From Candidatus Solincola sediminis (GTDB taxonomy: Bacteria; Actinomycetota; Geothermincolia; Geothermincolales; RBG-13-55-18): a stretch of DNA of 37,192 bases. Positions 7,821 through 16,470 of the stretch are shown here, one piece after another; positions within the stretch are counted from its first letter, which is position 1, and each line of letters starts with the position of its first letter. A model generated the notes under the pieces. That model saw only the letters and a program-made list of their open reading frames with translations. It was not told the origin of the DNA and ran no database searches. The translations under genes and the position numbers were made by a program. Where the stretch lies: positions 1 through 37,192 of the forward strand of contig MELM01000012.1 in NCBI GenBank assembly GCA_001767605.1, given 5' to 3'.

Positions 7821-8819
7821 TCATCCGATAGCAATTGCTTTTTCGGATAAGTAGCTCTCCTTCACCCAGTTAATGGTTTTTTTCATCGCCTCATCCCAGG
7901 ATATACGGGTTCGCCAATCCAATTCCCGCTTGGCACGGGCACAATCGACATGGTTTTCCCTTCCCATTACACCGGCAGCAAGCCTCGAGTACGGTGGCCT
8001 TATGCCCAGGGGTAGGCAGGCTAATTCCATGGCATGTCCGCTGTACCAAGCGGCCTGAAAGGGCATGCTTCCATGGGTCTTCTTTCCGAGGAGCGCCCCG
8101 ATCGTGTTGTTGTATTCGGCCCAGGTGATGCGATAATCGTCGCAGAAATGATAAGTGCGACCGGCCGCTTGCTCGCTTTGCGAGGCGGCGATGATTCCAT
8201 CCACCAGATTCTCGACGAAGACGAATGCTGTCTCACATTTCCCTCTTGCGATCAAAGGAACCGGTCCTTTAAGGAAGGCATCGAGCACGTCACGCACCCA
8301 GGCACTGCCTGGTCCCAGAACGTTCGCCGGGCGGATTATGGTGACTTCCAGGTCTTGCCGGCCATGGTAGGAACGGCAAATATCCTCGGCATCAGCCTTG
8401 CAATCACCGTAAGGGATCCCGACCTTGCGCAGGGGAAGATCCTCTGTTGCGTCCTTGGTGTGATACTTAAAGCCGTATGCGGCAATAGAACTCAAGTAGA
8501 TGAATCGCGTTACCTCTCCCAGGCTCTCCTCAAGCAGGTTGCGCGTGCCATCGACGATGCTTGCGACAAAGAGTCTCCTCGCACCCCAGTCCGTAACCCT
8601 GGCCGCGCAGTGGTAGACGACGTCGCAGCCCTGCGCGCATCCCTTCAAGGTCTCCCGCTTCGTGATATCACCACGAAATGCCTGCACGCCTTGCTGTTCC
8701 AGGTCTACGGCATCCTCATCGGGAAGGAAGAGTCCCCTCGCTTCATCACCGCTGCTTAAAAGAGAGCGGCAGATGTATGAGCCGATCATGCCTCGTGCGC
8801 CGGTTACCAAGGCTTTCAT
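7821..8819 (-). CDS. NAD-dependent epimerase/dehydratase (extended SDR)
   Basis: Start moved to ATG 8817-8819 (MKALVTGARGMIGSYI, the glycine-rich NAD motif at the N-terminus), preceded by AAGGGGGGA. The ORF-track start at 8885 adds 22 non-homologous residues. Confidence 0.85.
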   Translation of the reverse strand: MKALVTGARGMIGSYICRSLLSSGDEARGLFLPDEDAVDLEQQGVQAFRGDITKRETLKGCAQGCDVVYHCAARVTDWGARRLFVASIVDGTRNLLEESLGEVTRFIYLSSIAAYGFKYHTKDATEDLPLRKVGIPYGDCKADAEDICRSYHGRQDLEVTIIRPANVLGPGSAWVRDVLDAFLKGPVPLIARGKCETAFVFVENLVDGIIAASQSEQAAGRTYHFCDDYRITWAEYNNTIGALLGKKTHGSMPFQAAWYSGHAMELACLPLGIRPPYSRLAAGVMGRENHVDCARAKRELDWRTRISWDEAMKKTINWVKESYLSEKAIAIG

Positions 8820-8913
8820 CGCAATCCCCCCTTGGGTTCTCATGACTATCATAACCAACAAAGCCCGTTGTGGTAATCTATCCAAATGAGCGGTTTGAGG
8901 AAGGAGTCTTTAT

Positions 8914-9894
8914 ATGCCTGAAAATGCCATTGTTGTCGAGGGCTTGGTGAAGCGATTCAAATCGCTGGTGGCGCTCGACGGCATCGATTTCGAAGTTCCG
9001 GCTGGAATGGTCTTTGGGTTGCTGGGCCCCAACGGGGCTGGCAAGACCACGGCCATAAGGATACTTGCAACCATCCTCCATCCCGATGGAGGGCACGCCT
9101 CGGTCATGGGTTATGACGTGGTGCGTCAGGGTTCAGAGGTGCGATACCGCATCGGCCTTGCGGGACAGAACGCAGCGGTAGACCCCAACCTCACCGGCAG
9201 AGAGAACCTTCAAATGATCGGCACCCTGGCTCAAATGCCATCAAGGGAAGTAAAGTTGCGTGCCGCCGAACTCCTTCACGATTTCGACCTCACCGATGCT
9301 GCCGACCGTCCCCTTCGCACCTACTCCGGTGGAATGCGCCGCCGCCTGGACGTGGCCGCGGCTTTGGTGCAGCGCCCTCCGGTTATCTTCTTGGATGAGC
9401 CGACCACCGGCCTTGATATCCAAAGCCGCTCCGAACTATGGATGCATATAGGCAATCTCGTCTCTCAAGGGTCGACCGTCCTCCTCACCACCCAATATCT
9501 GGAAGAGGCCGACCGACTCTCCGACCGTATAGCGGTACTCGATGTAGGCCGTGTCGTCGCCAACGACTCTGTCGCCAACCTGAAAGGCCGGCTGGGGAAT
9601 ACGGTGATCGAGCTGGAGATGGAAAATATCGAAGTTGCCACGCGGGCGGAAGGATTGCTTGCACCTGCTCATACGGCCAAGGTCGAGCGCAATGGAACAC
9701 GGGTCAATGTAAGCGCCGCCAACGGTCCGGATGTGCTTTACGAAGTGCTGCATGCCCTTAACACCAATGGCCTCCCTCCCAAGAATGTTTCCGTCCACGA
9801 GCCCAGTCTCGATGACGTCTTCCTGGCCATCACCGGTCATCGTGCCGTTTCAGATGAATCCGGCCCTCCAGTGAAGGGCGGTGATGCAAGGTGA
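8914..9894 (+). CDS. ABC transporter ATP-binding protein (DrrA-like, ABC-2 type exporter)
   Basis: ORF-track 326 aa. Walker A GPNGAGKTT, signature YSGGMRRRL, Walker B VIFLDEPTTGLD. RBS GAAGGAG. Confidence 0.9.
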   Translation: MPENAIVVEGLVKRFKSLVALDGIDFEVPAGMVFGLLGPNGAGKTTAIRILATILHPDGGHASVMGYDVVRQGSEVRYRIGLAGQNAAVDPNLTGRENLQMIGTLAQMPSREVKLRAAELLHDFDLTDAADRPLRTYSGGMRRRLDVAAALVQRPPVIFLDEPTTGLDIQSRSELWMHIGNLVSQGSTVLLTTQYLEEADRLSDRIAVLDVGRVVANDSVANLKGRLGNTVIELEMENIEVATRAEGLLAPAHTAKVERNGTRVNVSAANGPDVLYEVLHALNTNGLPPKNVSVHEPSLDDVFLAITGHRAVSDESGPPVKGGDAR

Positions 9895-10694
9895 CCGATA
9901 CTTGCATGCCCCCACGTCAATCTTTTCTGGTCGGTGCCGTGAGAGACACGGCCGCTGTTGCCCGCCGTAACCTCATCGGTCTTTATCGGGTCCCCCAACT
10001 ACTGATATTCGTCCTCGTACAACCGGTGATTTTCGTTGTCCTATTCCGCTATGTCTTCGGCGGAGCACTCGCGCTCGCCCAGGTAACCCCATATCCATAC
10101 GTCGATTTCTTGATGCCCGGTATATTCGTCCAGACTGTCGTCTTCGGTGCGATAGGAACCGCTATCGGCATCACTACCGACATTCAAAGCGGCATGCTCG
10201 AGCGCTTTCGCGCCCTCCCCATGCGGCGGACGGCGTTTCTAACCGGCCGGACCCTTTCGGACCTTGTTCGTAATATGGCGGTCATGGCCCTCATCACCGG
10301 AGTCGGTTTTGCCGTTGGTTTTCGCATTCATACCAATCCGATCGCCTTCACACTGGGCATATTGCTCGTACTGCTGTTCGCATACGTACTGTCCTGGCTA
10401 TTCGCCCTGGAAGGACTGCTACTTCGCGATCCTGAATCGGCCCAGGCGGCAGCATTCCCTGTGATGGCTCCCCTGGTGTTCGCATCATCCGCCTTCATCC
10501 CTGTAACGACTATGCCCTCCTGGCTGCAGGGTTTCGCAAAGTACCAACCTGTTTCAGTGACTGCCTCCGCGGTACGAGCCCTGGTATTGGGAGGACCCAC
10601 CGCCAACTACGTCCTTCAATCGCTTGCCTGGTGCGCCGGCATTGTTGCCGTCTGCGCACCCCTTGCTGTGTGGTATTACCGGCGTGCAGTCTGA
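9891..10694 (+). CDS. ABC-2 type transporter permease
   Basis: ORF-track 267 aa with six hydrophobic segments. Its GTG start overlaps the ATPase stop (GTGA), which suggests translational coupling. ATG at 9906 is an alternative start. Confidence 0.85.
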   Translation: MTDTCMPPRQSFLVGAVRDTAAVARRNLIGLYRVPQLLIFVLVQPVIFVVLFRYVFGGALALAQVTPYPYVDFLMPGIFVQTVVFGAIGTAIGITTDIQSGMLERFRALPMRRTAFLTGRTLSDLVRNMAVMALITGVGFAVGFRIHTNPIAFTLGILLVLLFAYVLSWLFALEGLLLRDPESAQAAAFPVMAPLVFASSAFIPVTTMPSWLQGFAKYQPVSVTASAVRALVLGGPTANYVLQSLAWCAGIVAVCAPLAVWYYRRAV

Positions 10695-10758
10695 CAATAT
10701 TGCAATACATATTTGGATCCTTGAAATATTCAGACCAGAGCGATCTTATAGGTGGCTG

Positions 10759-10923
10759 CTATTCTTCCTCGCTCGCCTCGGAAACCTCGTTCTTCTTGTT
10801 TCTTCTTCTTTTTAAGGACAGGCCGCCCGAGATGAGCGAAACAATTAAGGTCCCGCCGAAAGCGAAGGCAATAACTAAGAGAATGAATAAAAGCAGAAGC
10901 ACTGACAGCATGGGTATCGGCAT
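10759..10923 (-). CDS. small membrane protein, 54 aa (one long hydrophobic segment plus a charged tail)
   Basis: Not in the ORF track (under 60 aa). ATG at 10921-10923 (minus strand) is preceded by AAGGGGGGA 5 nt upstream. Translation: MPIPMLSVLLLLFILLVIAFAFGGTLIVSLISGGLSLKRRRNKKNEVSEASEEE, stop TAG. A TATAAT lies on the minus strand at 10968-10973. Confidence 0.5.
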   Translation of the reverse strand: MPIPMLSVLLLLFILLVIAFAFGGTLIVSLISGGLSLKRRRNKKNEVSEASEEE

Positions 10924-11000
10924 TTCTGTCCCCCCTTGATCGCATGAGTTCTTTCCCTAACATCCCCATTATACAACCGACTTCTGGAAGAATGCGCCAT

Positions 11001-11029
11001 TTACGCAAGCTACAAGACGTGCTTATACT
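11001..11029 (+). promoter_or_regulatory. candidate sigma70-type promoter for queG (TTACGC-17 nt-TATACT), implying a leaderless mRNA
   Basis: -35 at 11001-11006 and -10 at 11024-11029. Only 6 nt (TCAGGC) separate the -10 from ATG 11036, and there is no Shine-Dalgarno sequence. Confidence 0.4.
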
Positions 11030-11035
11030 TCAGGC

Positions 11036-12157
11036 ATGAGCGTCAAGGACAGGATCCGGGAGAAAGGTCTCGAACTCGGCTTTGAAGGCGTTGGCTTTGC
11101 CGGGGTGGAGCCCATGGATTCATATATAAAAGAAATCGAATCCAGGCCGCCCGAGATGTACGGATGGACCAATAGCGATCGCTTCAGCACTATTCGGGGC
11201 GCGAGTCCCCAAGTAAAGCATCCTTCGGCTCGTTCCCTGGTGGTTTTGATTAGCAACTATTACAGGAAGAGCTTTCCCCAAATGCTGGAAGGGGTTTACG
11301 GGCGAGCCTACCTGGTCGATGAGCGAAAAGTCCTGGGAGAGGAGATGGCCCGCATCGCCTCTTTCTTTGTTTTCCTCAAGCAAGAAGGTATCTCCCCTAT
11401 CTATGACGGAGAGATTCCCGCCCGCATGGCGGCGGCCAGGGCGGGGCTCATTACTTACGGTAAGAACTGCTTCGCTTATGGCCGGGAAGCCGCCAAAAAC
11501 TCTTCCTGGATTGAGATCATTCCATTTATTGCAGATGTGGAGTTGGAACCCGACGAGCCTTCCGTTGAACTCAATTGCCCGCCGAAGTGCAAGAATAAAT
11601 GCATGAAAGCCTGCCCTACCGGTGCCATTTATGATGATATGAAAATGAATCCCTTGAAATGCATTGCCTTTAACACCTACTACGGCGCAGAGACTACCCC
11701 AATGGAGTTGCGCGAGCCGATGGGCACCTGGGTATACGGCTGCGACGCCTGCCAGGAGGCATGCCCGCGCAACCGGCCCTGGATGCGGCAGGAAAAGCCG
11801 CCTCATGAGGATCTTCATTCTAGGATGGATGAATACGATCTCCAAGCCATACTACAAATGGATCAGGTCTTCTATGAGGAGAAGCTCTGGCCTAGATTTT
11901 TCTATATTTCGAGGAAAAGAATCGACCGCTGGCATATGAACGCCGCGAGGGCCCTGGGGAATCTTGGTAATTCGGATTGCATCCCGGCACTGGAGAGGTC
12001 GCTGCGCGAGAGCCCTTACGAAAACGTGCGCTCGATGAGTGCCTGGGCTCTTGGCAGGATTGGCGGGGCAAAAGCGCGAGAAATCCTTGAAAAAGCTCGG
12101 GGAAAAGAATCAGAGCCGGTTATTATTGAAATAAACCAGGCATTGCATATGCTCTGA
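11036..12157 (+). CDS. queG: tRNA epoxyqueuosine(34) reductase
   Basis: ORF-track 373 aa. Typical QueG N-terminus (IREKGLELGFEGVGFAGVEP), two 4Fe-4S motifs (CPPKCKNKCMKACPTGAI and CDACQEACPRN) and a C-terminal HEAT-like tail (ARALGNLGNSDCIPALE ... SMSAWALGRIGGAKA). Confidence 0.8.
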   Translation: MSVKDRIREKGLELGFEGVGFAGVEPMDSYIKEIESRPPEMYGWTNSDRFSTIRGASPQVKHPSARSLVVLISNYYRKSFPQMLEGVYGRAYLVDERKVLGEEMARIASFFVFLKQEGISPIYDGEIPARMAAARAGLITYGKNCFAYGREAAKNSSWIEIIPFIADVELEPDEPSVELNCPPKCKNKCMKACPTGAIYDDMKMNPLKCIAFNTYYGAETTPMELREPMGTWVYGCDACQEACPRNRPWMRQEKPPHEDLHSRMDEYDLQAILQMDQVFYEEKLWPRFFYISRKRIDRWHMNAARALGNLGNSDCIPALERSLRESPYENVRSMSAWALGRIGGAKAREILEKARGKESEPVIIEINQALHML

Positions 12158-12305
12158 AAGTCCGCAGCAATAGATCGGTCTTCGCCTTCGCCTCTTTCAT
12201 AGCCCAATATGCAGTCATCTATTGCACTTATGACCTCTCGGGATGCTATGCTTCCCTAAGGGTCCAACGGTCCCGGGAATTATTATTCAAAGGAGTTGCC
12301 GCAGT

Positions 12306-13070
12306 ATGAAATTTAAAAAGAGACACGTCCATGTTTCTGCCCTTGTTCTTGCCAGCCTAGTAACAGTCACTCTGTTCGCTGTGACCGGCTGCGGCAAGAA
12401 AAGTGAGGTCTCTCTTGATTACGATAAATCACCTGTGAATATAATCATCCAGGTTAAGAGCTTCGGCGGCATGCCGGCTCCCTGGGACGACACAATTCCC
12501 TCCTTCACGCTTCATGGCGACGGCACGGTGGTCAAATGGGGCGACAACGAATCGGATAACATTCTGGTCTCCGGCAAGATGACCGACAACCAGGTGAGCG
12601 ACCTTCTGGTACGAATCCGGGATGCTGGCTTCTTCGACCTCGAGACCTGGTATCAGGGAGAGGCTTACGACTATACCTTTACATCCATTGAGATAAATCT
12701 GCAGCAGGAGAGCCATAAAGTAACCGATTACTTCGTGAAGCCGGAGGCATTCACCTCTGCCCTGCAGGCCATTATGGAAGCGCCTGCGCAGGATCTGAGG
12801 GATACGACACGCGGCCGCGGTTATCTTATAACGCAGGCGCATCAAGCAAGCGACAAAGATACCGTCATCGATTCGAGCAGCGATATCTACTTATCATTAC
12901 CGGATGCCTCCGTTCTGCAATGGGCGGCAAAGGCGAATGAGCCCGTAGGAATAGACGGCAAGGATTTTTCCCGTATCAAGCGCTACGCCGTCGATCATAA
13001 CACCAGGGGATTGGTCATCAAGACCGATACCGGCGATCTCATCCTCTACCCGGTCTATGAGCCCCGCTAG
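12306..13070 (+). CDS. hypothetical lipoprotein
   Basis: Start set at ATG 12306: MKFKKRHVHVSALVLASLVTVTLFAVTGC, a signal peptide plus lipobox V-T-G-C. No recognisable domain in the remainder. Confidence 0.7.
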   Translation: MKFKKRHVHVSALVLASLVTVTLFAVTGCGKKSEVSLDYDKSPVNIIIQVKSFGGMPAPWDDTIPSFTLHGDGTVVKWGDNESDNILVSGKMTDNQVSDLLVRIRDAGFFDLETWYQGEAYDYTFTSIEINLQQESHKVTDYFVKPEAFTSALQAIMEAPAQDLRDTTRGRGYLITQAHQASDKDTVIDSSSDIYLSLPDASVLQWAAKANEPVGIDGKDFSRIKRYAVDHNTRGLVIKTDTGDLILYPVYEPR

Positions 13071-13130
13071 GTGACCCGGATCTAGGGCGTATACCCCATG
13101 GGAATACTTAATTCTTTAAGGGGTGCCGAG

Positions 13131-13568
13131 ATGAAGAAAATCTATTCTGAGATTAAGATTGACGCGAGCGCGGCACGTGCATGGGAGATCCTAATAGATT
13201 TTCCCGCATATCCTGAGTGGAACCCGTTCATCCCCGAAATAAGCGGAGATTTACGCGTCGGCTCTATGCTCAAGGTACACATTCAGCCTCCCGGCTCCAG
13301 GGGGATGACTTTCAAGCCCAAACTCCTCCGGTTTGAGCCCGAGCACGAAATACGTTGGCTCGGTAGGCTGTTCATCGCCGGTCTGGTCGACGGTGAACAT
13401 GCACTGGCCATAAAGAAGCTTGAAGGTGACCGCGTCTTATTCTCCCAATCTGAGGAGTTTAGAGGCCTCATCGTGCCGTTTCTCTCAGGAATAGTTAAAA
13501 ATACAGCCAAAGGCTTCGAGGAAATGAACGGAGCGCTGAAGGAACGAGCTGAATCCGCGGGCGATTAG
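13131..13568 (+). CDS. SRPBCC-family (polyketide cyclase/dehydrase-like) protein
   Basis: Start at ATG 13131 after AAGGGG. MKKIYSEIKIDASAARAWEILIDFPAYPEWNPFI is a typical SRPBCC N-terminus. Confidence 0.75.
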   Translation: MKKIYSEIKIDASAARAWEILIDFPAYPEWNPFIPEISGDLRVGSMLKVHIQPPGSRGMTFKPKLLRFEPEHEIRWLGRLFIAGLVDGEHALAIKKLEGDRVLFSQSEEFRGLIVPFLSGIVKNTAKGFEEMNGALKERAESAGD

Positions 13569-13675
13569 GATTTTCCTGGTTAGATAGGCAGGGGCAAGCA
13601 CATATTCTTTTATTTAGCTCGATTTTAAGAAAATGTGAAAATAAAGAAGAATGACCCATTGATTTAGGAGGAATA

Positions 13676-14059
13676 ATGGCTACTCAGATCGAGGAAAACA
13701 AGAGGATTGCGGTCGGAGTTTATACCGGTCTTTTCAACAAGAAGGACCTGTCGATAATCGAAGAACGCATCGCTCCGAATTACAGACAGTATAATCCCAC
13801 GGTTCACGATGGGGCGGAAGAGTTGCGCTCGGCCTTGGAAGGCATGCTTGCATCCTTTCCCGAATTGCGGGTAGATGTGAAGGGCACAACCGCAGAGGTA
13901 GACTTGGTTGCCCTGCATGTTCACTGGAGCATGAATCCCGAGGACCGAGGATCAGCGATAGTCGACGTCTTTCGTTTGGAGAACGGCCTTCTTGTAGAAC
14001 ACTGGGATGTCATCCAGGAAATTGCGGAAACGTCCGCCAATCATAACGGCATGTCTTAG
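13676..14059 (+). CDS. SnoaL-like / NTF2-fold protein
   Basis: ORF-track 127 aa. RBS AGGAGG. The pattern ENKRIAVGVYTGLFNKKDL...IAPNYRQYNP...LVEHWDVIQ is typical of SnoaL-like cyclase-fold proteins. Confidence 0.7.
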   Translation: MATQIEENKRIAVGVYTGLFNKKDLSIIEERIAPNYRQYNPTVHDGAEELRSALEGMLASFPELRVDVKGTTAEVDLVALHVHWSMNPEDRGSAIVDVFRLENGLLVEHWDVIQEIAETSANHNGMS

Positions 14060-14205
14060 GGATGAAGGCGGATGCTGCTGCTGCTCCGCCCTTGACCCTA
14101 CCTTTTTTTGGGCGCCGAGTTACCCGGAATGTACATTTTGTCATTAATGAAGAGGTCTCGAATATCGAGGAGCTCAATATCCGAGACCGTCAACCTACTT
14201 ACGGT

Positions 14206-14457
14206 TTACCGTGTCGCCGCTCGGCCCAGGTAACGGCCGAATATATGACCGGCCAAGCCCACTCCCCATCCGGCTATCACCCATAGGGGCCATGGGTATT
14301 CCACTTTGCTCAGTTTCCACACGACAAGCAGGAATACATTGACCATAATGTACACGCCGAGATGCGCTTGGATGTCAATGTTGTGGGCGTTACATTTCCT
14401 GGTGGGTTTGACCACACCTTCATTGTGCACAGATGCTTCTTGTCCATCTTCCTTCAT
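14206..14457 (-). CDS. 2TM-domain membrane protein
   Basis: Start placed at ATG 14455-14457 (AAGGAG 8 nt upstream) rather than GTG 14466. AHLGVYIMVNVFLLVVW ... WPLWVIAGWGVGLAGH matches the 2TM-domain pattern. Confidence 0.7.
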   Translation of the reverse strand: MKEDGQEASVHNEGVVKPTRKCNAHNIDIQAHLGVYIMVNVFLLVVWKLSKVEYPWPLWVIAGWGVGLAGHIFGRYLGRAATR

Positions 14458-14552
14458 ACTTCTCACTCCTTTCGCCTTGATATGCTGTGATCTTTTCTAC
14501 TTTTCAGCCGGTCACCCGGCATTCATTTCCCTCGCTCACTCCGTTCAGGACA

Positions 14553-14837
14553 TCACTCTGATTTTATGGGTTCGTTGATCAGATCCGACCCGCAGTAGCG
14601 GCACTTTATGGCCTCACTCCTGATTCTCTCAGCGCAATATGGGCACTTCATCTTGCCAGCCCTCGCGGGTCCCATCTCGTGAAGTATCGAGCCTACGAGA
14701 TCCGAAACATCGCCGAGAATGGAACCGACCATGTGCGAGACTCCCGTTGTGATCCCTCTCACCGGACCTTCGTAAGCTTGCATCGTTCGCCCGCATTTGT
14801 CCGCTCCGGCCTTCTTCATCTCTGCCGTATCAATCAC
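14553..14837 (-). CDS. zinc-ribbon protein (start uncertain)
   Basis: The C-terminal [20 protein letters not shown] is a classic CxxC-x(11)-CxxC zinc ribbon. Candidate starts are GTG 14837, ATG 14819 and ATG 14651. The last has GAGGG 8 nt upstream and would give only 32 aa. Confidence 0.5.
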   Translation of the reverse strand: MIDTAEMKKAGADKCGRTMQAYEGPVRGITTGVSHMVGSILGDVSDLVGSILHEMGPARAGKMKCPYCAERIRSEAIKCRYCGSDLINEPIKSE

Positions 14838-14915
14838 CCCCCTAAGAAACTATGCTGGCATTTCAGCCTCAACCCGGGATCTCATCGATGCCATATACTG
14901 GAATCCCGCCAATTG

Positions 14916-15353
14916 CTACCGCTCCTCTACCGAACCCGCGTACCACCTTGCCTTGGAAGGCTCGGTTTCCCCTTCCCCTCCCTCGCGATGAATCTCGGCT
15001 TTTGCTTGGAGCTTGTGCAAGGCCCTTTTAGCATCCTCGCCGTCCATCTGCAGTGCCTCCGCTATTTCCACCTGGGTTGCTCCGGGATACTCATTGATAA
15101 AGTTCGAAACCTTCTCGGCATTTGCCCTCACTCCCTCAACCATTTCCTTGCCTTTGTCAGAGAGGTTGAGTTTTTCAATGCGGTGCGCTTCCTTCCGCCT
15201 CTCTATGAAGTTCTCCAGATCGCCTGCGGTGACGATGTACTTCCGTCCTAATCTTGCCGCTGGGAGATCTCCCTTCTTTATGTAGTGATAGACCGTTTCG
15301 GTATTCAGTTTCAGCAGCCTGGCCACCTCACTGGGTCTTAAGAACTTTTCCAT
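14916..15353 (-). CDS. excisionase-type (MerR-superfamily HTH_17) DNA-binding protein with extra C-terminal winged-helix-like region
   Basis: ORF-track 145 aa. FLRPSEVARLLKLNTETVYHYIKKGDLPAARLGRKYIV is the HTH_17 signature. RBS AAGGAGGG. Confidence 0.8.
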   Translation of the reverse strand: MEKFLRPSEVARLLKLNTETVYHYIKKGDLPAARLGRKYIVTAGDLENFIERRKEAHRIEKLNLSDKGKEMVEGVRANAEKVSNFINEYPGATQVEIAEALQMDGEDAKRALHKLQAKAEIHREGGEGETEPSKARWYAGSVEER

Positions 15354-15375
15354 TTGATACCCTCCTTAATACCAT

Positions 15376-15422
15376 ACTAGTCTAGTTAAGGCGACTTTAG
15401 CCTATTTAAGTAGATATGTCAA
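15376..15422 (-). promoter_or_regulatory. near-consensus promoter (TTGACA-17 nt-TAAAGT) plus palindrome ACTAGTCTAGT in the leader of the HTH gene
   Basis: On the minus strand, TTGACA is at 15422-15417 and TAAAGT at 15399-15394. The 5-1-5 palindrome at 15376-15386 lies a few nt downstream of the predicted start site. Confidence 0.45.
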
Positions 15423-15583
15423 TGGCTTGTGCTGGTTCATGATATTTATAAATCACTTTTTGTGGATATCGTCTTCAGTTGCTTATCAACTCCAGATTAT
15501 TGCCTGAAATAGTAGGATAATGGTATTGAAATTTGTTTCTGTTAAACACTGGAATAATGTAAGGGGTTTTAAAGGAAAGGCAT

Positions 15584-16426
15584 ATGCCGGAACTACTTGC
15601 TCAAGACATAGGTGATGTTGAAGTTCAATATCTGGATTATCCCGGTGATGGACCGACTGTGATAATGCTCCACGCTACCGGTTTTCAACCATGGCTCTGG
15701 CATCCGATAGCCAGGGAACTTGCACGCGACTTCCGTGTTATAGCGCCCTACTTCTGCGACCATAGACCAATCGAGCCCGAAAAACGAACCTTGAGCTGGC
15801 TTGTCCTTACCGATGACCTGGTGGCCCTAATCAGGCGCCTTGGAATTACTAGGCCCTTTGTTGTCGGGCATTCAATGGGTGGAACAATTGCGACCATTGC
15901 CGAAGCCCTCAATGGCCCGATCGCATCCCGCATGGTCCTAATCGAGCCCATCTTTCTACCCTCCAACTTTTATGAACTGGATATTATGGTTGAGCAACAT
16001 CCACTTGCCTCGAAGGCGATCAGGCGCCGCAACAGATGGAACGACGAGGCGGACGCCAGGGAGTACCTCAATGATAAAAAGCTTTTTGCCAACTGGGACA
16101 GGGAGATGCTCGATCTTTACCTGGAGTATGGGATGAATAGATCCGACAACGGAGAGCTTACTCTCGCCTGCCAGCCGGAGAGAGAGGCAGCCCTTTTCAT
16201 GGGAGCCATGGCGAAAGACCCCTGGAAACTTCTGGAGAAGATCTCATGTCCTGTGCTGTTAGTGGAAGGCGAAAACAGCGACAACAGGACGGTGATCGAC
16301 CTGGAATACGCAACATCCCTTATGCCCAAGGCGGAACTCAAAGTAGTGCCGGGCGCTGGGCACCTCGTACCGATGGAAAGACCTCATGAGCTGCTTGCGT
16401 TGCTCCTCGAGTTCTTCGGAGGCTGA
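15584..16426 (+). CDS. alpha/beta hydrolase
   Basis: ORF-track 280 aa. Oxyanion region VIMLHATGF, nucleophile elbow GHSMGG, C-terminal GAGHLVPMERP. Confidence 0.85.
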   Translation: MPELLAQDIGDVEVQYLDYPGDGPTVIMLHATGFQPWLWHPIARELARDFRVIAPYFCDHRPIEPEKRTLSWLVLTDDLVALIRRLGITRPFVVGHSMGGTIATIAEALNGPIASRMVLIEPIFLPSNFYELDIMVEQHPLASKAIRRRNRWNDEADAREYLNDKKLFANWDREMLDLYLEYGMNRSDNGELTLACQPEREAALFMGAMAKDPWKLLEKISCPVLLVEGENSDNRTVIDLEYATSLMPKAELKVVPGAGHLVPMERPHELLALLLEFFGG

Positions 16427-16470
16427 TGACGATCCCATTAAGGCGCGTCTAACCCTGATGGTTTCGATGT

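Noticed and set aside
10631-11008. ORF-track candidates 10631-10939 (plus strand, 102 aa) and 10730-11008 (minus strand, 92 aa)
   Set aside because: The first starts inside the ABC permease gene and has no RBS. The second has a low-complexity, Lys/Arg-rich product and no RBS. A different minus-strand frame with a strong RBS encodes a plausible 54-aa membrane protein instead.
14916-15353. Excisionase-type HTH as a marker of a prophage or integrative element
   Set aside because: There is no integrase, recombinase or phage structural gene, and no flanking direct repeats or tRNA target in the window. The gene has its own strong promoter and looks like a stand-alone regulator.
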